From the IMG/VR virus record IMGVR_UViG_3300025132_008118: a stretch of 64,000 bases of DNA. The stretch is one strand, 5' to 3'. The position numbers were made by a program, and so were the translations under genes. How positions within the stretch are numbered: position 1 is the first letter of the stretch; each line of letters starts with the position of its first letter. A model generated the notes under the pieces. That model was given only the letters and a program-made list of their open reading frames with translations, was not told where the DNA came from and did not search any database. Positions 31,482-40,038 of this stretch are shown piece by piece. Source of the stretch: a virus.

Positions 31482-31685
31482 TATAGCACTCATAGTGTTC
31501 CTTACCTCTTGTAAGACTACCCCAGGTACCGAGCGCAATATAGATCTAGATATAAGTGTTCCAGATTCTCAGTTCCTGATTGAGTGGTAATTTATTTTAT
31601 TAGAGAGAGATAACTCTCGTTCGGTTACCGGTATTTTTATTAATTTAAAGGAAAAACTCCTTGAAATAATGATTAAATATTGGTC

Positions 31686-31913
31686 ATGAATGAATTAATA
31701 TCAAACATAAAGAGCGGTCTAACCGCTATCACAGATATAGGACTCGGTGTAGTTTCTATTTCAATATTAGCAGAAATATTATTCGGTAAAGGAGCTCTAT
31801 TCGGAGCAGACGTTATCGGTAATGTTACTAACATAGTTTCTACTATAGGGGGATCTAATGGTCTCATCGGACTAGTAGCGCTATTTGTCTTAGCAGTACT
31901 ATTAAAGAAGTAA
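31686..31913 (+). CDS. Small membrane protein
   Basis: Two hydrophobic segments; TAAATA-N6-ATG. Confidence 0.65.
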   Translation: MNELISNIKSGLTAITDIGLGVVSISILAEILFGKGALFGADVIGNVTNIVSTIGGSNGLIGLVALFVLAVLLKK

Positions 31914-31950
31914 AAATCTATACGAGGCTCCGCGGTAAGTATAGTAATCA

Positions 31951-31984
31951 AAAGTCGTTCCTATTACAGGGGCGGCTTTTTTTT
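31951..31984 (+). terminator. Intrinsic terminator
   Basis: AAAGTCGTTCCT-ATTAC-AGGGGCGGCTTT plus T-run. Confidence 0.75.
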
Positions 31985-32141
31985 GGGAACGTTCCTCTTT
32001 ATATATAAATTTTTCTCGCGTCAAAAATTTTAAAAGGCATGGGGCCTCCCAAGGCCCGAGACCCGCTCTCTATATAGGAATTCTCCCACGGTAACTTCTC
32101 TCAGCGGGGTGGGTTGCTGCGCAGCAAAAGCTGCCGCAGAC

Positions 32142-32172
32142 AAAAAGAGGCCGCTCTATATAGAACGACCTC
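32142..32172 (-). terminator. Intrinsic terminator closing the early-gene array
   Basis: GAGGTCGTTCT-ATAT-AGAGCGGCCTC-TTTTT on the minus strand. Confidence 0.8.
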
Positions 32173-32201
32173 TCCAACAACAACACACTATCTAATTAGA
32201 C

Positions 32202-32405
32202 CTACATTGCAGGCTCTAAAATGCTATCTATATAAGCTCTGGCTTTACTACTTAACTCTACATCTGGGTCATCCATCATCCTAATTACTTCATCGGCATC
32301 TATACGATATTCGGTACCAGAGCGCTCACTATAAAGGATAAATCTCTTCTTATCGTAGTCAGTAAGCCCGTGGTCGGGGAGGTATATACGATACTTAGGC
32401 TTCAT
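32202..32405 (-). CDS. Hypothetical early protein
   Basis: 67-aa ORF, visibly GC-richer than its surroundings. Confidence 0.65.
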   Translation of the reverse strand: MKPKYRIYLPDHGLTDYDKKRFILYSERSGTEYRIDADEVIRMMDDPDVELSSKARAYIDSILEPAM

Positions 32406-32406
32406 C

Positions 32407-32694
32407 TTACTGGTTGCAGAAGGCTACCTTCTTCTCCATTTCGTATAGCTTCTTATCGCCTGCAGTAATGAAATCGGGCTTGATGCCGAATGCCTCGCGC
32501 ATGCGCTCGAGGGTATCAGCATAGTTATCATTGACCACGCCCATCACAGAGACCATCTCTGGGTTGAACTGCTCGGAGAGGGACTCGATGAGAGCTAGCT
32601 TAGAGCTCTCGTTAGCGGCTGCACGGCAGATGACGTCGACGGCATTATATAGCTCGCCAACGGTTACGGTATCGGTGTTGTTTAGGTTATCCAT
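32407..32694 (-). CDS. Hypothetical early protein
   Basis: 95 aa; GGAAC promoter; GC-rich third codon positions. Confidence 0.75.
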   Translation of the reverse strand: MDNLNNTDTVTVGELYNAVDVICRAAANESSKLALIESLSEQFNPEMVSVMGVVNDNYADTLERMREAFGIKPDFITAGDKKLYEMEKKVAFCNQ

Positions 32695-32978
32695 ACTACT
32701 ATTATATCGCAGTTCCTCTTACTGGGGGCGCCCCCTTCGGGGGCTTAGCCGCAGAGGGGGTGGATTGAAATGGGAACTCAGATATAATTTAGATATGAGA
32801 CCAGAGGGTCTGGGAAGGACTACCTCGAGGAAGGGGCCTCAGCGCCTGCGTTCCTCTTTCTTCCGGATTAAGGAACTGCCGTATAATTATATAGAGTGCG
32901 GAGACCCCTCACGTGTAGGCGTTTGCAGGAGGAGGAAAAATTTTGAGGAGATACTAACCTTTATACAAATTCTCTCTC

Positions 32979-33335
32979 TCACCCGTTAAAGCATCCTGGC
33001 TTGACATAGTCATCATCATCCTCATCGGGTACCGGTAAGTTACAAGTTGGATCAGATGCATCATACTCTAAGTACCATCCTCTGTCTTCGTCTTTAGCAT
33101 TGTACTCGGCCACTTCATTAAATGACTCTGGTAACTTATATATCTCTGATGGCTCATTGCCTACCTCTTCTGACCTCTTTAACATATGCGAGATCTGCGC
33201 TTTTAGCTCGTCGACTACCTCTTCCGGTATTGTAACCTCTCCTTTATAGTCATGCATGATCTTTACCTCTAGAGTATTAACCAAGCATTCTAAGTGCCCT
33301 TGCAAGCATCCATATCCTTTAGCGTAATTGTCCAT
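32979..33335 (-). CDS. Hypothetical acidic protein
   Basis: 118-aa ORF in the early array. Confidence 0.65.
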   Translation of the reverse strand: MDNYAKGYGCLQGHLECLVNTLEVKIMHDYKGEVTIPEEVVDELKAQISHMLKRSEEVGNEPSEIYKLPESFNEVAEYNAKDEDRGWYLEYDASDPTCNLPVPDEDDDDYVKPGCFNG

Positions 33336-33389
33336 CTCTTATATCTCCTTCTCTCAGCACAACGTATAAATTCTTACCATGTTTCAATC

Positions 33390-33575
33390 TTAGGTAAGCT
33401 TTAATAGATTTAATACCTCTTCACTTACATCGACATCAACTTGATTACTATTAGCAAATGCTACATCAGCTGATACTGGCCCTGACCTCTGGGTTGCTAT
33501 ATCAGTAAATATAAACTGACCGTCATTAAACGTCAGGCTATATGTCTTCTCTTCTACTTCTTCTACTATATCCAT
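33390..33575 (-). CDS. Hypothetical early protein
   Basis: 61 aa; GGAAC promoter. Confidence 0.7.
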   Translation of the reverse strand: MDIVEEVEEKTYSLTFNDGQFIFTDIATQRSGPVSADVAFANSNQVDVDVSEEVLNLLKLT

Positions 33576-33596
33576 ACTACTATTATATCACTGTTC

Positions 33597-33761
33597 CTAA
33601 TTAAAGATTGCACCCAATAACAATATCACTGCTGCTATTATGGCCGAGCCCACTACAATGCATGCTGAGAAGATTACATCATTGCCTCCCTTTACCAATT
33701 CACCATCTTCTTTACTACTTTGGTATTTTGTATTTTTCTTTCGTATTTTACTGTTTGCCAT
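33597..33761 (-). CDS. 54-aa protein with C-terminal TM helix (not in ORF track)
   Basis: MANSKIRKK...VIFSACIVVGSAIIAAVILLLGAIFN*. Confidence 0.55.
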   Translation of the reverse strand: MANSKIRKKNTKYQSSKEDGELVKGGNDVIFSACIVVGSAIIAAVILLLGAIFN

Positions 33762-33857
33762 AACGCTCTTTATGTTTATAAAGGTACTGTACTATACTTT
33801 ACCTCTTACTTTTATTTAAAAATTACCTCTTTTTACTTAAAATCTAACTCTTTTTGG

Positions 33858-34214
33858 TTAGTTCTCTCTCTTATAATGGTCACGAGGTCTTTCAAATTGC
33901 TTGGAAAGCTTATCCTTTTGCTCTAATCTCTTGAAGATACCGTATATATTCTCGTCCGTATAGCCATCTTTCTTTAGTGCATCGATTACTCTTCCGGCTG
34001 GTACGTATGCATATATCGGCTTATCGTACGTCGGATCATCTGCCCATTCCTTCAATAAGTCCTCTCTTACTCGAAAGCCTCTCTTATCAAACACTGCTAC
34101 CTCTACTTGAGTATAAGGTCCTTCATCGTCCTTTGGATAGCAGTAATGAAACTCGGAGGCCTGGATAGAGATCTCTCCATCTTTATAAGGTATTGGCATA
34201 TTCAAATCTTTCAT
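33858..34214 (-). CDS. Hypothetical early protein
   Basis: 118 aa; GGAAC promoter. Confidence 0.75.
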   Translation of the reverse strand: MKDLNMPIPYKDGEISIQASEFHYCYPKDDEGPYTQVEVAVFDKRGFRVREDLLKEWADDPTYDKPIYAYVPAGRVIDALKKDGYTDENIYGIFKRLEQKDKLSKQFERPRDHYKREN

Positions 34215-34221
34215 ACTATAA

Positions 34222-34392
34222 TTATATCAAAGTTCCTAATACTTTATCGGCATCTAAGTTAACTGAAACGTATGGCTTTTTACTCCATTTGAAAGCTTCA
34301 GCATTACTTAGCGGTATCTCATTTCTAGTTCTATTGTTAACTAAAACAAAACCAAACATCAGATTAAAACTTAAGTTGTATTCATTTTCCAT
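34222..34392 (-). CDS. 56-aa early protein (not in ORF track)
   Basis: MENEYNLSFN...KVLGTLI*; own promoter; its stop lies within the next promoter. Confidence 0.65.
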   Translation of the reverse strand: MENEYNLSFNLMFGFVLVNNRTRNEIPLSNAEAFKWSKKPYVSVNLDADKVLGTLI

Positions 34393-34433
34393 ACTACTAT
34401 TATATCTAAGTTCCGTAAAAAGGTTTGAGCATT

Positions 34434-34823
34434 TTATAGAGTGCTCACCTCTTGACTCACCTCGGATTTATTATATTGTGTCGGGTGGTGCGAATTTTCT
34501 AGATAGGCCTTTACTGCATCAAATGCATCATAGCTAAAACCTCCTACATGCCAGTTAAAGATTCCTTTCCGGCAGATTGAAGCATCATAAGTCTTCCAAT
34601 CATAAATCGTAGCAGTAACGTAAGGGTTTTCGTTATCAGTAGTCTCAAACTCTAAGGTCCACTCAGTAGTTACCTTACCATCGTCAGAGGGCTCATAGTA
34701 AGTAGGCTCACCAAAAGCCTTTACCAAGTCATCATACGTTGCTTTCAAATAGGAGCTTCCAACTAAAGAAGTTCCTGAAGTATTAATCGATTGCGAATTT
34801 CTTACGTTAATTATCTTGCTCAT
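34434..34823 (-). CDS. Hypothetical early protein
   Basis: 129 aa (GKVTTEW...TIYDWK...WHVGG); GGAAC promoter. Confidence 0.75.
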   Translation of the reverse strand: MSKIINVRNSQSINTSGTSLVGSSYLKATYDDLVKAFGEPTYYEPSDDGKVTTEWTLEFETTDNENPYVTATIYDWKTYDASICRKGIFNWHVGGFSYDAFDAVKAYLENSHHPTQYNKSEVSQEVSTL

Positions 34824-34830
34824 ACTAATA

Positions 34831-35067
34831 TTATATCACAGTTCCTGTTCTGATTCTTCCGGAAGGATCATACCATCGTGCTGCTGGTTGCTTTGTAGCA
34901 GTATTTAAGTACTCTGCATTTTCCTCTTCTAAGAATGATTTATAAAACTCTGCTACCTCATCTTCAGAAAGGTAACGTAAAAGCGATTCAAGTACATACT
35001 TATTAGTCAAGATGCCATCGTCGATAGCTTCTAGGATTTGATTAGTGGTTTTTCTTGCTGTGGTCAT
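34831..35067 (-). CDS. Hypothetical early protein
   Basis: 78 aa; GGAAC promoter. Confidence 0.7.
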   Translation of the reverse strand: MTTARKTTNQILEAIDDGILTNKYVLESLLRYLSEDEVAEFYKSFLEEENAEYLNTATKQPAARWYDPSGRIRTGTVI

Positions 35068-35088
35068 AGCTATATTATATCACTGTTC

Positions 35089-35268
35089 CTAAGAGGCATT
35101 GTTAAAGAATTCTCCGGAAGAAATCATAAGTTCCTTCTCGGCTGCAGCAGTAAAATGAATACCTGCTTCATAATGCTCCTCCACATCCTCAAAAGGAATC
35201 AAATCGCCATCCTTAAACGAGATGAACTCTCCATTTTCGGTAACGTCTACTGTATCAAAAGGGCACAT
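35089..35268 (-). CDS. 59-aa acidic protein (not in ORF track)
   Basis: MCPFDTVDVTENGEFISF...FFNNAS*. Confidence 0.55.
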   Translation of the reverse strand: MCPFDTVDVTENGEFISFKDGDLIPFEDVEEHYEAGIHFTAAAEKELMISSGEFFNNAS

Positions 35269-35270
35269 AA

Positions 35271-35447
35271 CTAAAAGGGTAGTTCTAGAGGTTTTAGATC
35301 CAAGATTGAATCCTCGATGTTGTCTAGACGCTCTATTGATACCTGATGCTCGCCTCCGTCTTCATCCATAACGTATGCAAGCCCTCTTTCGGTATCGATT
35401 TCTAAAACCTCTACCCAATTTTGCTTATCTAATGTTGCTGTTTTCAT
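35271..35447 (-). CDS. 58-aa early protein (not in ORF track)
   Basis: MKTATLDKQNWVEVLEIDTERG...LELPF*; GGAAC promoter. Confidence 0.65.
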   Translation of the reverse strand: MKTATLDKQNWVEVLEIDTERGLAYVMDEDGGEHQVSIERLDNIEDSILDLKPLELPF

Positions 35448-35471
35448 ACTATAATTATATAGTAGTTCCTC

Positions 35472-35855
35472 TTACATTGCAGCTGCATGATCCGGATACT
35501 CTTCATCAGAGTAATCAGTCGGGTATTTTCCGTCATAAATTTTCTCAATATCTAAACCAAACCTCTCAAGCTCATCCTTCTTATCGTAATCATACTGAGC
35601 AGCAACAATACTTACTGCATAACTTCTTTCAGCTCCAACTTCAGCATAAGGATAAACTTTATGAAAAAATTCAGTATCCCAATAACTTAACATCTCGAAC
35701 AAAGTTTCCTTTTCAAAAGTATCCTGAATATGAATAAACCTTCTCATAGCTTTTACATCTTTAGTAGCTACTATGTTTATCATTCTAGAGTAACGATTAA
35801 CATCCTCAAGTTTAGAGTTAATCGATTCGGTAAGTTGCATTATCAATTTATTCAT
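35472..35855 (-). CDS. Hypothetical early protein
   Basis: 127 aa; GGAAC promoter. Confidence 0.75.
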   Translation of the reverse strand: MNKLIMQLTESINSKLEDVNRYSRMINIVATKDVKAMRRFIHIQDTFEKETLFEMLSYWDTEFFHKVYPYAEVGAERSYAVSIVAAQYDYDKKDELERFGLDIEKIYDGKYPTDYSDEEYPDHAAAM

Positions 35856-35876
35856 ATCTATATTATATCACCGTTC

Positions 35877-36125
35877 CTAACTCCAATGAGAGTAGCTGTA
35901 AGGCTGTAAAGCGGCTCCAGGCAACGTGTAGCCTAGCGGTCGCTTGACCTCCTCTTGCGGTAAAGAATTAAGACTTACGTCTGCTTTAACTGAGAAGAAC
36001 GTCGTCGAGAGCTTATAATCCTGCGCCTGCTCTCTAGTAATATCGAGGCACTCTCCAGTACGAGTATTAGTCAATTGGTAGAGATTGCCGTAGCCTTTGT
36101 AATCGATAATATATTTAATTTTCAT
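35877..36125 (-). CDS. Hypothetical early protein
   Basis: 82 aa; GGAAC promoter. Confidence 0.7.
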   Translation of the reverse strand: MKIKYIIDYKGYGNLYQLTNTRTGECLDITREQAQDYKLSTTFFSVKADVSLNSLPQEEVKRPLGYTLPGAALQPYSYSHWS

Positions 36126-36157
36126 ACTACAATTATATCACAGTTCCCTTTTCCGGA

Positions 36158-36502
36158 TTAGTACAACCCAAATACGAGCTCTGCATCTACTTCATTGCAA
36201 GGAGCTTCTAACTCCTTCCAGCCGAAGGACTCACACAACCACTGCGTACCTTCCACCTCAACTACATCCCCTACTGAAAGAGAATAGTTATCAAGAGCTC
36301 TAAACTCTTGAGCAATAGAACGTTCCCAATCTTCGAGGAGCTCCTCAGGAGCATTCAAGATATGGAACATCTGCTCTGCTCCTTCCTTTCCGGACTTTAC
36401 TTCCTTAGAGGAAGTCTTATAAACTTCCGTACGAGTTCCTTTATAATCAGCACCATCGCCGAATTGATCTCGTGTACTTGTTGGTCGAATAATTCTTATC
36501 AT
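36158..36502 (-). CDS. Hypothetical early protein
   Basis: 114 aa (YSLSVGDVVEVEGTQWLCESFGW); GGAAC promoter. Confidence 0.75.
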   Translation of the reverse strand: MIRIIRPTSTRDQFGDGADYKGTRTEVYKTSSKEVKSGKEGAEQMFHILNAPEELLEDWERSIAQEFRALDNYSLSVGDVVEVEGTQWLCESFGWKELEAPCNEVDAELVFGLY

Positions 36503-36523
36503 ACTACTATTATATAACGGTTC

Positions 36524-36949
36524 CTAAAAATTTATAACGAGAGAATTTGCTATATCAGCAGGAGATTCAAACTCATAGTTATTCACTGCATTTTCTTCAG
36601 CTTTTTCAGCCTCGTATTGTGCATTAGCCCTTTCGATGCATTCAGATGCAAGGCGGTCCCACTCTTCAGCAGTCTCATCTGACCAATTAGTCCAACGAGG
36701 ACGAATGCCATTTTCAGACTTATAGCAGTCCATATACTCTTCCCAAGCCTTAGCTTGGTCCCACTCGGCAGGAGTCAGGCAGCGCTCACCTTTGGTGTAA
36801 TGCTCGCAATAGTGAAGAATATCAGCTTCATCATATGAAGCATAACCGCGAAACTCTCCTTCCGGAGCAGCTTCTGCCCAAGCTTTTGACTCGGCACATA
36901 ATGCGTTAACGTGATTGCGAAGATCTTCTGTAATAGTAATGTTTTGCAT
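36524..36949 (-). CDS. Hypothetical early protein
   Basis: 141 aa (YKSENGIRPRW); GGAAC promoter. Confidence 0.75.
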   Translation of the reverse strand: MQNITITEDLRNHVNALCAESKAWAEAAPEGEFRGYASYDEADILHYCEHYTKGERCLTPAEWDQAKAWEEYMDCYKSENGIRPRWTNWSDETAEEWDRLASECIERANAQYEAEKAEENAVNNYEFESPADIANSLVINF

Positions 36950-36971
36950 ACTACTATTATATCAAAGTTCC

Positions 36972-37067
36972 TTAAAGATTACCAATTAACCACCAAATTA
37001 TAAAACATAATAGACCAGCAGATAAAGCTGCTGATACTACCATTAAAATTTCAGATAAGTATGCCAT
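36972..37067 (-). CDS. 31-aa single-TM peptide (not in ORF track)
   Basis: MAYLSEILMVVSAALSAGLLCFIIWWLIGNL*. Confidence 0.5.
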   Translation of the reverse strand: MAYLSEILMVVSAALSAGLLCFIIWWLIGNL

Positions 37068-37073
37068 GTGTTC

Positions 37074-37235
37074 CTATTTAAATGTTCTACTAAACTCAAA
37101 GACTATAACAGCTACGCAGAGAAAATGCGCAAATGTTCCGGGATCGACCATTCCTAATCCAATATCGTTACCTGCCGCAGCAAGATTTAACAATAGTGTT
37201 GCTACTACGAATACCTTATATAAATGTTCTAACAT
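37074..37235 (-). CDS. 53-aa two-TM protein (not in ORF track)
   Basis: MLEHLYKVFVVATLLLNLAAAG...FLCVAVIVFEFSRTFK*. Confidence 0.55.
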   Translation of the reverse strand: MLEHLYKVFVVATLLLNLAAAGNDIGLGMVDPGTFAHFLCVAVIVFEFSRTFK

Positions 37236-37241
37236 AATTTA

Positions 37242-37517
37242 TTATGAAAAGCAATCGACTGCTTCCTCAATATCGTTATCAATCTCGTTATTCAATCGAG
37301 CTCGTTTTGCTTCCATCTCCTCATTTACATCTTCGAGATACATTTTATAATCATCAATCTTGTCGTTGATATGATCAACATCACCCATCAAGTCATCAGC
37401 CATTCTTCGAATGCGCCCATCCTTTGCAAAGGATTCAGCCCACATCAATCGATCCAAAGTTTCACTTACTATGTTTTGAAACTCAGACGCTTCCTTTATT
37501 CTCTTCTTAATCTTCAT
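37242..37517 (-). CDS. Hypothetical coiled-coil early protein
   Basis: 91 aa; GGAAC promoter. Confidence 0.7.
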   Translation of the reverse strand: MKIKKRIKEASEFQNIVSETLDRLMWAESFAKDGRIRRMADDLMGDVDHINDKIDDYKMYLEDVNEEMEAKRARLNNEIDNDIEEAVDCFS

Positions 37518-37564
37518 GTACTTATTATATCACTGTTCCCCTATGAGAGCCACGTTTAGTTAAT

Positions 37565-37588
37565 AAAAAAGGGTAATGTGATACCCTT
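37565..37588 (-). terminator. Intrinsic terminator
   Basis: AAGGGTA-TCACAT-TACCC-TTTTTT on the minus strand. Confidence 0.6.
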
Positions 37589-37662
37589 ACGTTTAATGTA
37601 CCAAATTGAAGAGCCCGAGGCTGGACCTAATCTCACCGAAATGCCTCGAGCCCTTCTTTTTG

Positions 37663-37890
37663 TTAAGCTGATACAATCTTATTGTTACGCAATGCTCGTG
37701 CCATTTCACGAGGCGCAACCTTCTCCCATGTTCCGGAGAACTGATTCTTCATTACCAGACGCTTTGCCTGATGACCTACGACGGAGAATGCTCCTGTTAC
37801 TGGATTTCGCTCAAGCATTACGTTGAACAAATTCGGGTTACGAGTTGCAGTTTCTACACCACGACGACTACTTTTACTTTTATTTTTCAT
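37663..37890 (-). CDS. Small basic early protein
   Basis: 75 aa, K/R-rich; GGAAC promoter. Confidence 0.7.
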   Translation of the reverse strand: MKNKSKSSRRGVETATRNPNLFNVMLERNPVTGAFSVVGHQAKRLVMKNQFSGTWEKVAPREMARALRNNKIVSA

Positions 37891-37913
37891 AATTTAATTA
37901 TATCACTGTTCCT

Positions 37914-38159
37914 TTATAAATCTTTATCTTCTAATTCTAAACCTGATTCAATAATCATTTTGTATGCCATTTCGAAATGACGTATTAAATCTTTATCGAA
38001 ATACTGCTTATATGCAACTAATTTTGTATTAGGAGATTTAACTCTCATATTATAATAACGATAGAACTCTTTGTGCTCAATAGTTTCCTCAAAGTTAAAA
38101 TGATCTATGTAAGTATGGTCTCCTCTTTTCTGAACTAACTTATAATCTCCTGCGTACAT
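37914..38159 (-). CDS. Hypothetical protein
   Basis: 81 aa; coupled to the upstream ORF. Confidence 0.65.
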   Translation of the reverse strand: MYAGDYKLVQKRGDHTYIDHFNFEETIEHKEFYRYYNMRVKSPNTKLVAYKQYFDKDLIRHFEMAYKMIIESGLELEDKDL

Positions 38160-38362
38160 TAGAACTGCTTCATTACACTACGACATCCTCTACGAGGTAC
38201 ATAATACTTTTTATTACGAGCATAGCTTTCAGCAGACATAACCTGCACACTACCACCAGTCTTATGATCAAACGTCATAACGCCTCGTACCTTTTCAGTA
38301 ATACGAGGAGGAGGATTATCTAATCCTAATATCTTTCTAACCTCTTTACTTTTAATTTCCAT
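38159..38362 (-). CDS. Hypothetical early protein
   Basis: 67 aa; GGAAC promoter. Confidence 0.7.
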   Translation of the reverse strand: MEIKSKEVRKILGLDNPPPRITEKVRGVMTFDHKTGGSVQVMSAESYARNKKYYVPRRGCRSVMKQF

Positions 38363-38621
38363 ACTCTTATTATATCATCGTTCCTAAAAAAGAGTTTAAT
38401 TAAATCTAACAGGCCCTTCCCATTCTGCTATGGGTCTTCCTCATTTATTTCAGGAGGGGTTCGGGCTTTCTCCGCCGGAGTCCGAAGACTTTAATATTCC
38501 ATTGGCATAGTATTTAATTAAACTGCAGAAAATCAAAGGTATTCGCCTGGTCGGGCTTTTTCGAAGGAATACCAGCTCCGTTTTTCTTGTTTATTTCGTG
38601 CACGCTTGATCGTCATCAAAG

Positions 38622-38747
38622 TTATGTAAAAAGAACTGCTATTAAAGCAAATAGATAGATAATATTTATGTCTCTCCCGCTATAAAAATCTAAAACTAAG
38701 CTACCTGCTAATGCTAAAATTGTGAATGCTTTGAATAATCTCATCAT
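38622..38747 (-). CDS. 41-aa two-TM early peptide (not in ORF track)
   Basis: MMRLFKAFTILALAGSLVLDFYSGRDINIIYLFALIAVLFT*; GGAAC promoter. Confidence 0.65.
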   Translation of the reverse strand: MMRLFKAFTILALAGSLVLDFYSGRDINIIYLFALIAVLFT

Positions 38748-38759
38748 ACTACTATTATA

Positions 38760-38951
38760 TCACTGTTCCTCTTTTAACCAATCTTTTTTAAACAGCTCTT
38801 TATCAATAGCTTCTACAACCTTTACTGCATCCTTCATCGTTTTCCATCTAGAGCCCCATTTCTGGCAAGATGGTCCATTATTCAAATCAGCATTTTCCTC
38901 CCATTTATCTTTACAAGCTTGTACATATTTTTCTAGAATATTGTTACTCAT
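38760..38951 (-). CDS. Hypothetical protein
   Basis: 63 aa; coupled start/stop. Confidence 0.6.
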   Translation of the reverse strand: MSNNILEKYVQACKDKWEENADLNNGPSCQKWGSRWKTMKDAVKVVEAIDKELFKKDWLKEEQ

Positions 38952-39175
38952 TACCGTTCTAAAATTACAAAGTCGCCAAACTCTTTATCAAAAACATTCA
39001 ATAGGTTTTCATAATCCCCTGACTGCATATCATTGAGAATTTTATCTATTTCAGGTTTATCATAACACAACTCTTTTGCAAAACGTTTAGCTGTACCCAT
39101 TAACGCAAATGCATTACCATCAGGACCAGTTAGGTCAATTACTATTTCATGAGGTATAGTTTTTTGTCTAATCAT
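38951..39175 (-). CDS. Hypothetical protein
   Basis: IDLTGPDGNAFALMG...SGDYENLL; a small-protein pattern I associate with phages. Confidence 0.75.
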   Translation of the reverse strand: MIRQKTIPHEIVIDLTGPDGNAFALMGTAKRFAKELCYDKPEIDKILNDMQSGDYENLLNVFDKEFGDFVILER

Positions 39176-39376
39176 TTACAATAAAATTAGCGTTATAATA
39201 AAACCTATCCCTATTGTTAGGAAGAGTACTGCGAATGCTAAATCTTTTACCTTCTGATCTTCATAGCTCGCAGCTCCTAAGTATACTTTTTTCTTTTTTC
39301 TTTTCATACTATCACTATATATTCGTTCACCCTTTACGCCGTGATAAACAATTCTATTTCTTTTATAATATCCCAT
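39176..39376 (-). CDS. Basic protein with C-terminal TM helix
   Basis: 66 aa; GGAAC promoter. Confidence 0.65.
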   Translation of the reverse strand: MGYYKRNRIVYHGVKGERIYSDSMKRKKKKVYLGAASYEDQKVKDLAFAVLFLTIGIGFIITLILL

Positions 39377-39402
39377 ACTATAATTATATCTAAGTTCCTA
39401 AA

Positions 39403-39479
39403 TGGTGGGCCCGGTCGGACTTGAACCGACGACCAAACGATTATGAGTCGTTTGCTCTGACCAACTGAGCTACAGGCCC
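39403..39479 (-). tRNA. tRNA-Ile2(CAT) (lysidine type; Met not fully excluded)
   Basis: GGGCCTGTAGCTCAGTTGGTCAGAGC-AACGA CT CAT AA TCGTT-GGTTCAAGTCC...ACCA. Confidence 0.9.
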
Positions 39480-39489
39480 ATACATTTTA

Positions 39490-39999
39490 TTAACAAAATC
39501 TAGCAAATTCGAACTCCGATTGCTCTAGAACGTTCTTAACCTTAAGCTCAAAAACACTTTCAACCTTACGAGTTGGTCTCCATTCTTCACCAACGTTATC
39601 AATCATCAAACCATTCTTTACAGTAAAGACATGACCTGATACTAATACCAAATAGATGCCTTCAGCAAAGTCCTTAATGAATGACTTAACTGTCTTCTTG
39701 CGAGCAATTACTTCACCATGAAGCTTATAAGTATTCGTTACCTTATCTTCGGGAAGAACGGTAATATCAAACTCAACGTCATCAATCTTCTGAGTTTCGC
39801 CTTCAAGCTTTTTAGCAGTATAATTCATCTTCTTACAACCCTTTTTATCTTCACGTTTAAAGGTCTCTTTCAAATAACTATGAGCTGAATCATAGTCAAC
39901 ATCAAGTGCAGTTGTGAATGCACGTACCGAACAATCATTCGTTTCCGAACCAGATTTATCAGTCGATTTAATTACTTCTTTTGAATTTATATATTGCAT
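39490..39999 (-). CDS. Hypothetical protein
   Basis: 169 aa, NDCSVRA...HV motifs; leadered GGAAC promoter at about 40029-40054. Confidence 0.75.
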   Translation of the reverse strand: MQYINSKEVIKSTDKSGSETNDCSVRAFTTALDVDYDSAHSYLKETFKREDKKGCKKMNYTAKKLEGETQKIDDVEFDITVLPEDKVTNTYKLHGEVIARKKTVKSFIKDFAEGIYLVLVSGHVFTVKNGLMIDNVGEEWRPTRKVESVFELKVKNVLEQSEFEFARFC

Positions 40000-40038
40000 T
40001 TCTTATTATATTAGGTTAATATTTCTGTTACTCTATAA

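Noticed and set aside
32531-32989. 152-aa + strand ORF
   Set aside because: It overlaps a promoter-supported minus-strand gene and hairpin-rich DNA; the open frame is explained by local GC richness.
38590-38620. Hammerhead-like TTGATGA...GAAA on the minus strand
   Set aside because: The core is not CUGANGA, and no stem II or flanking stems can form.
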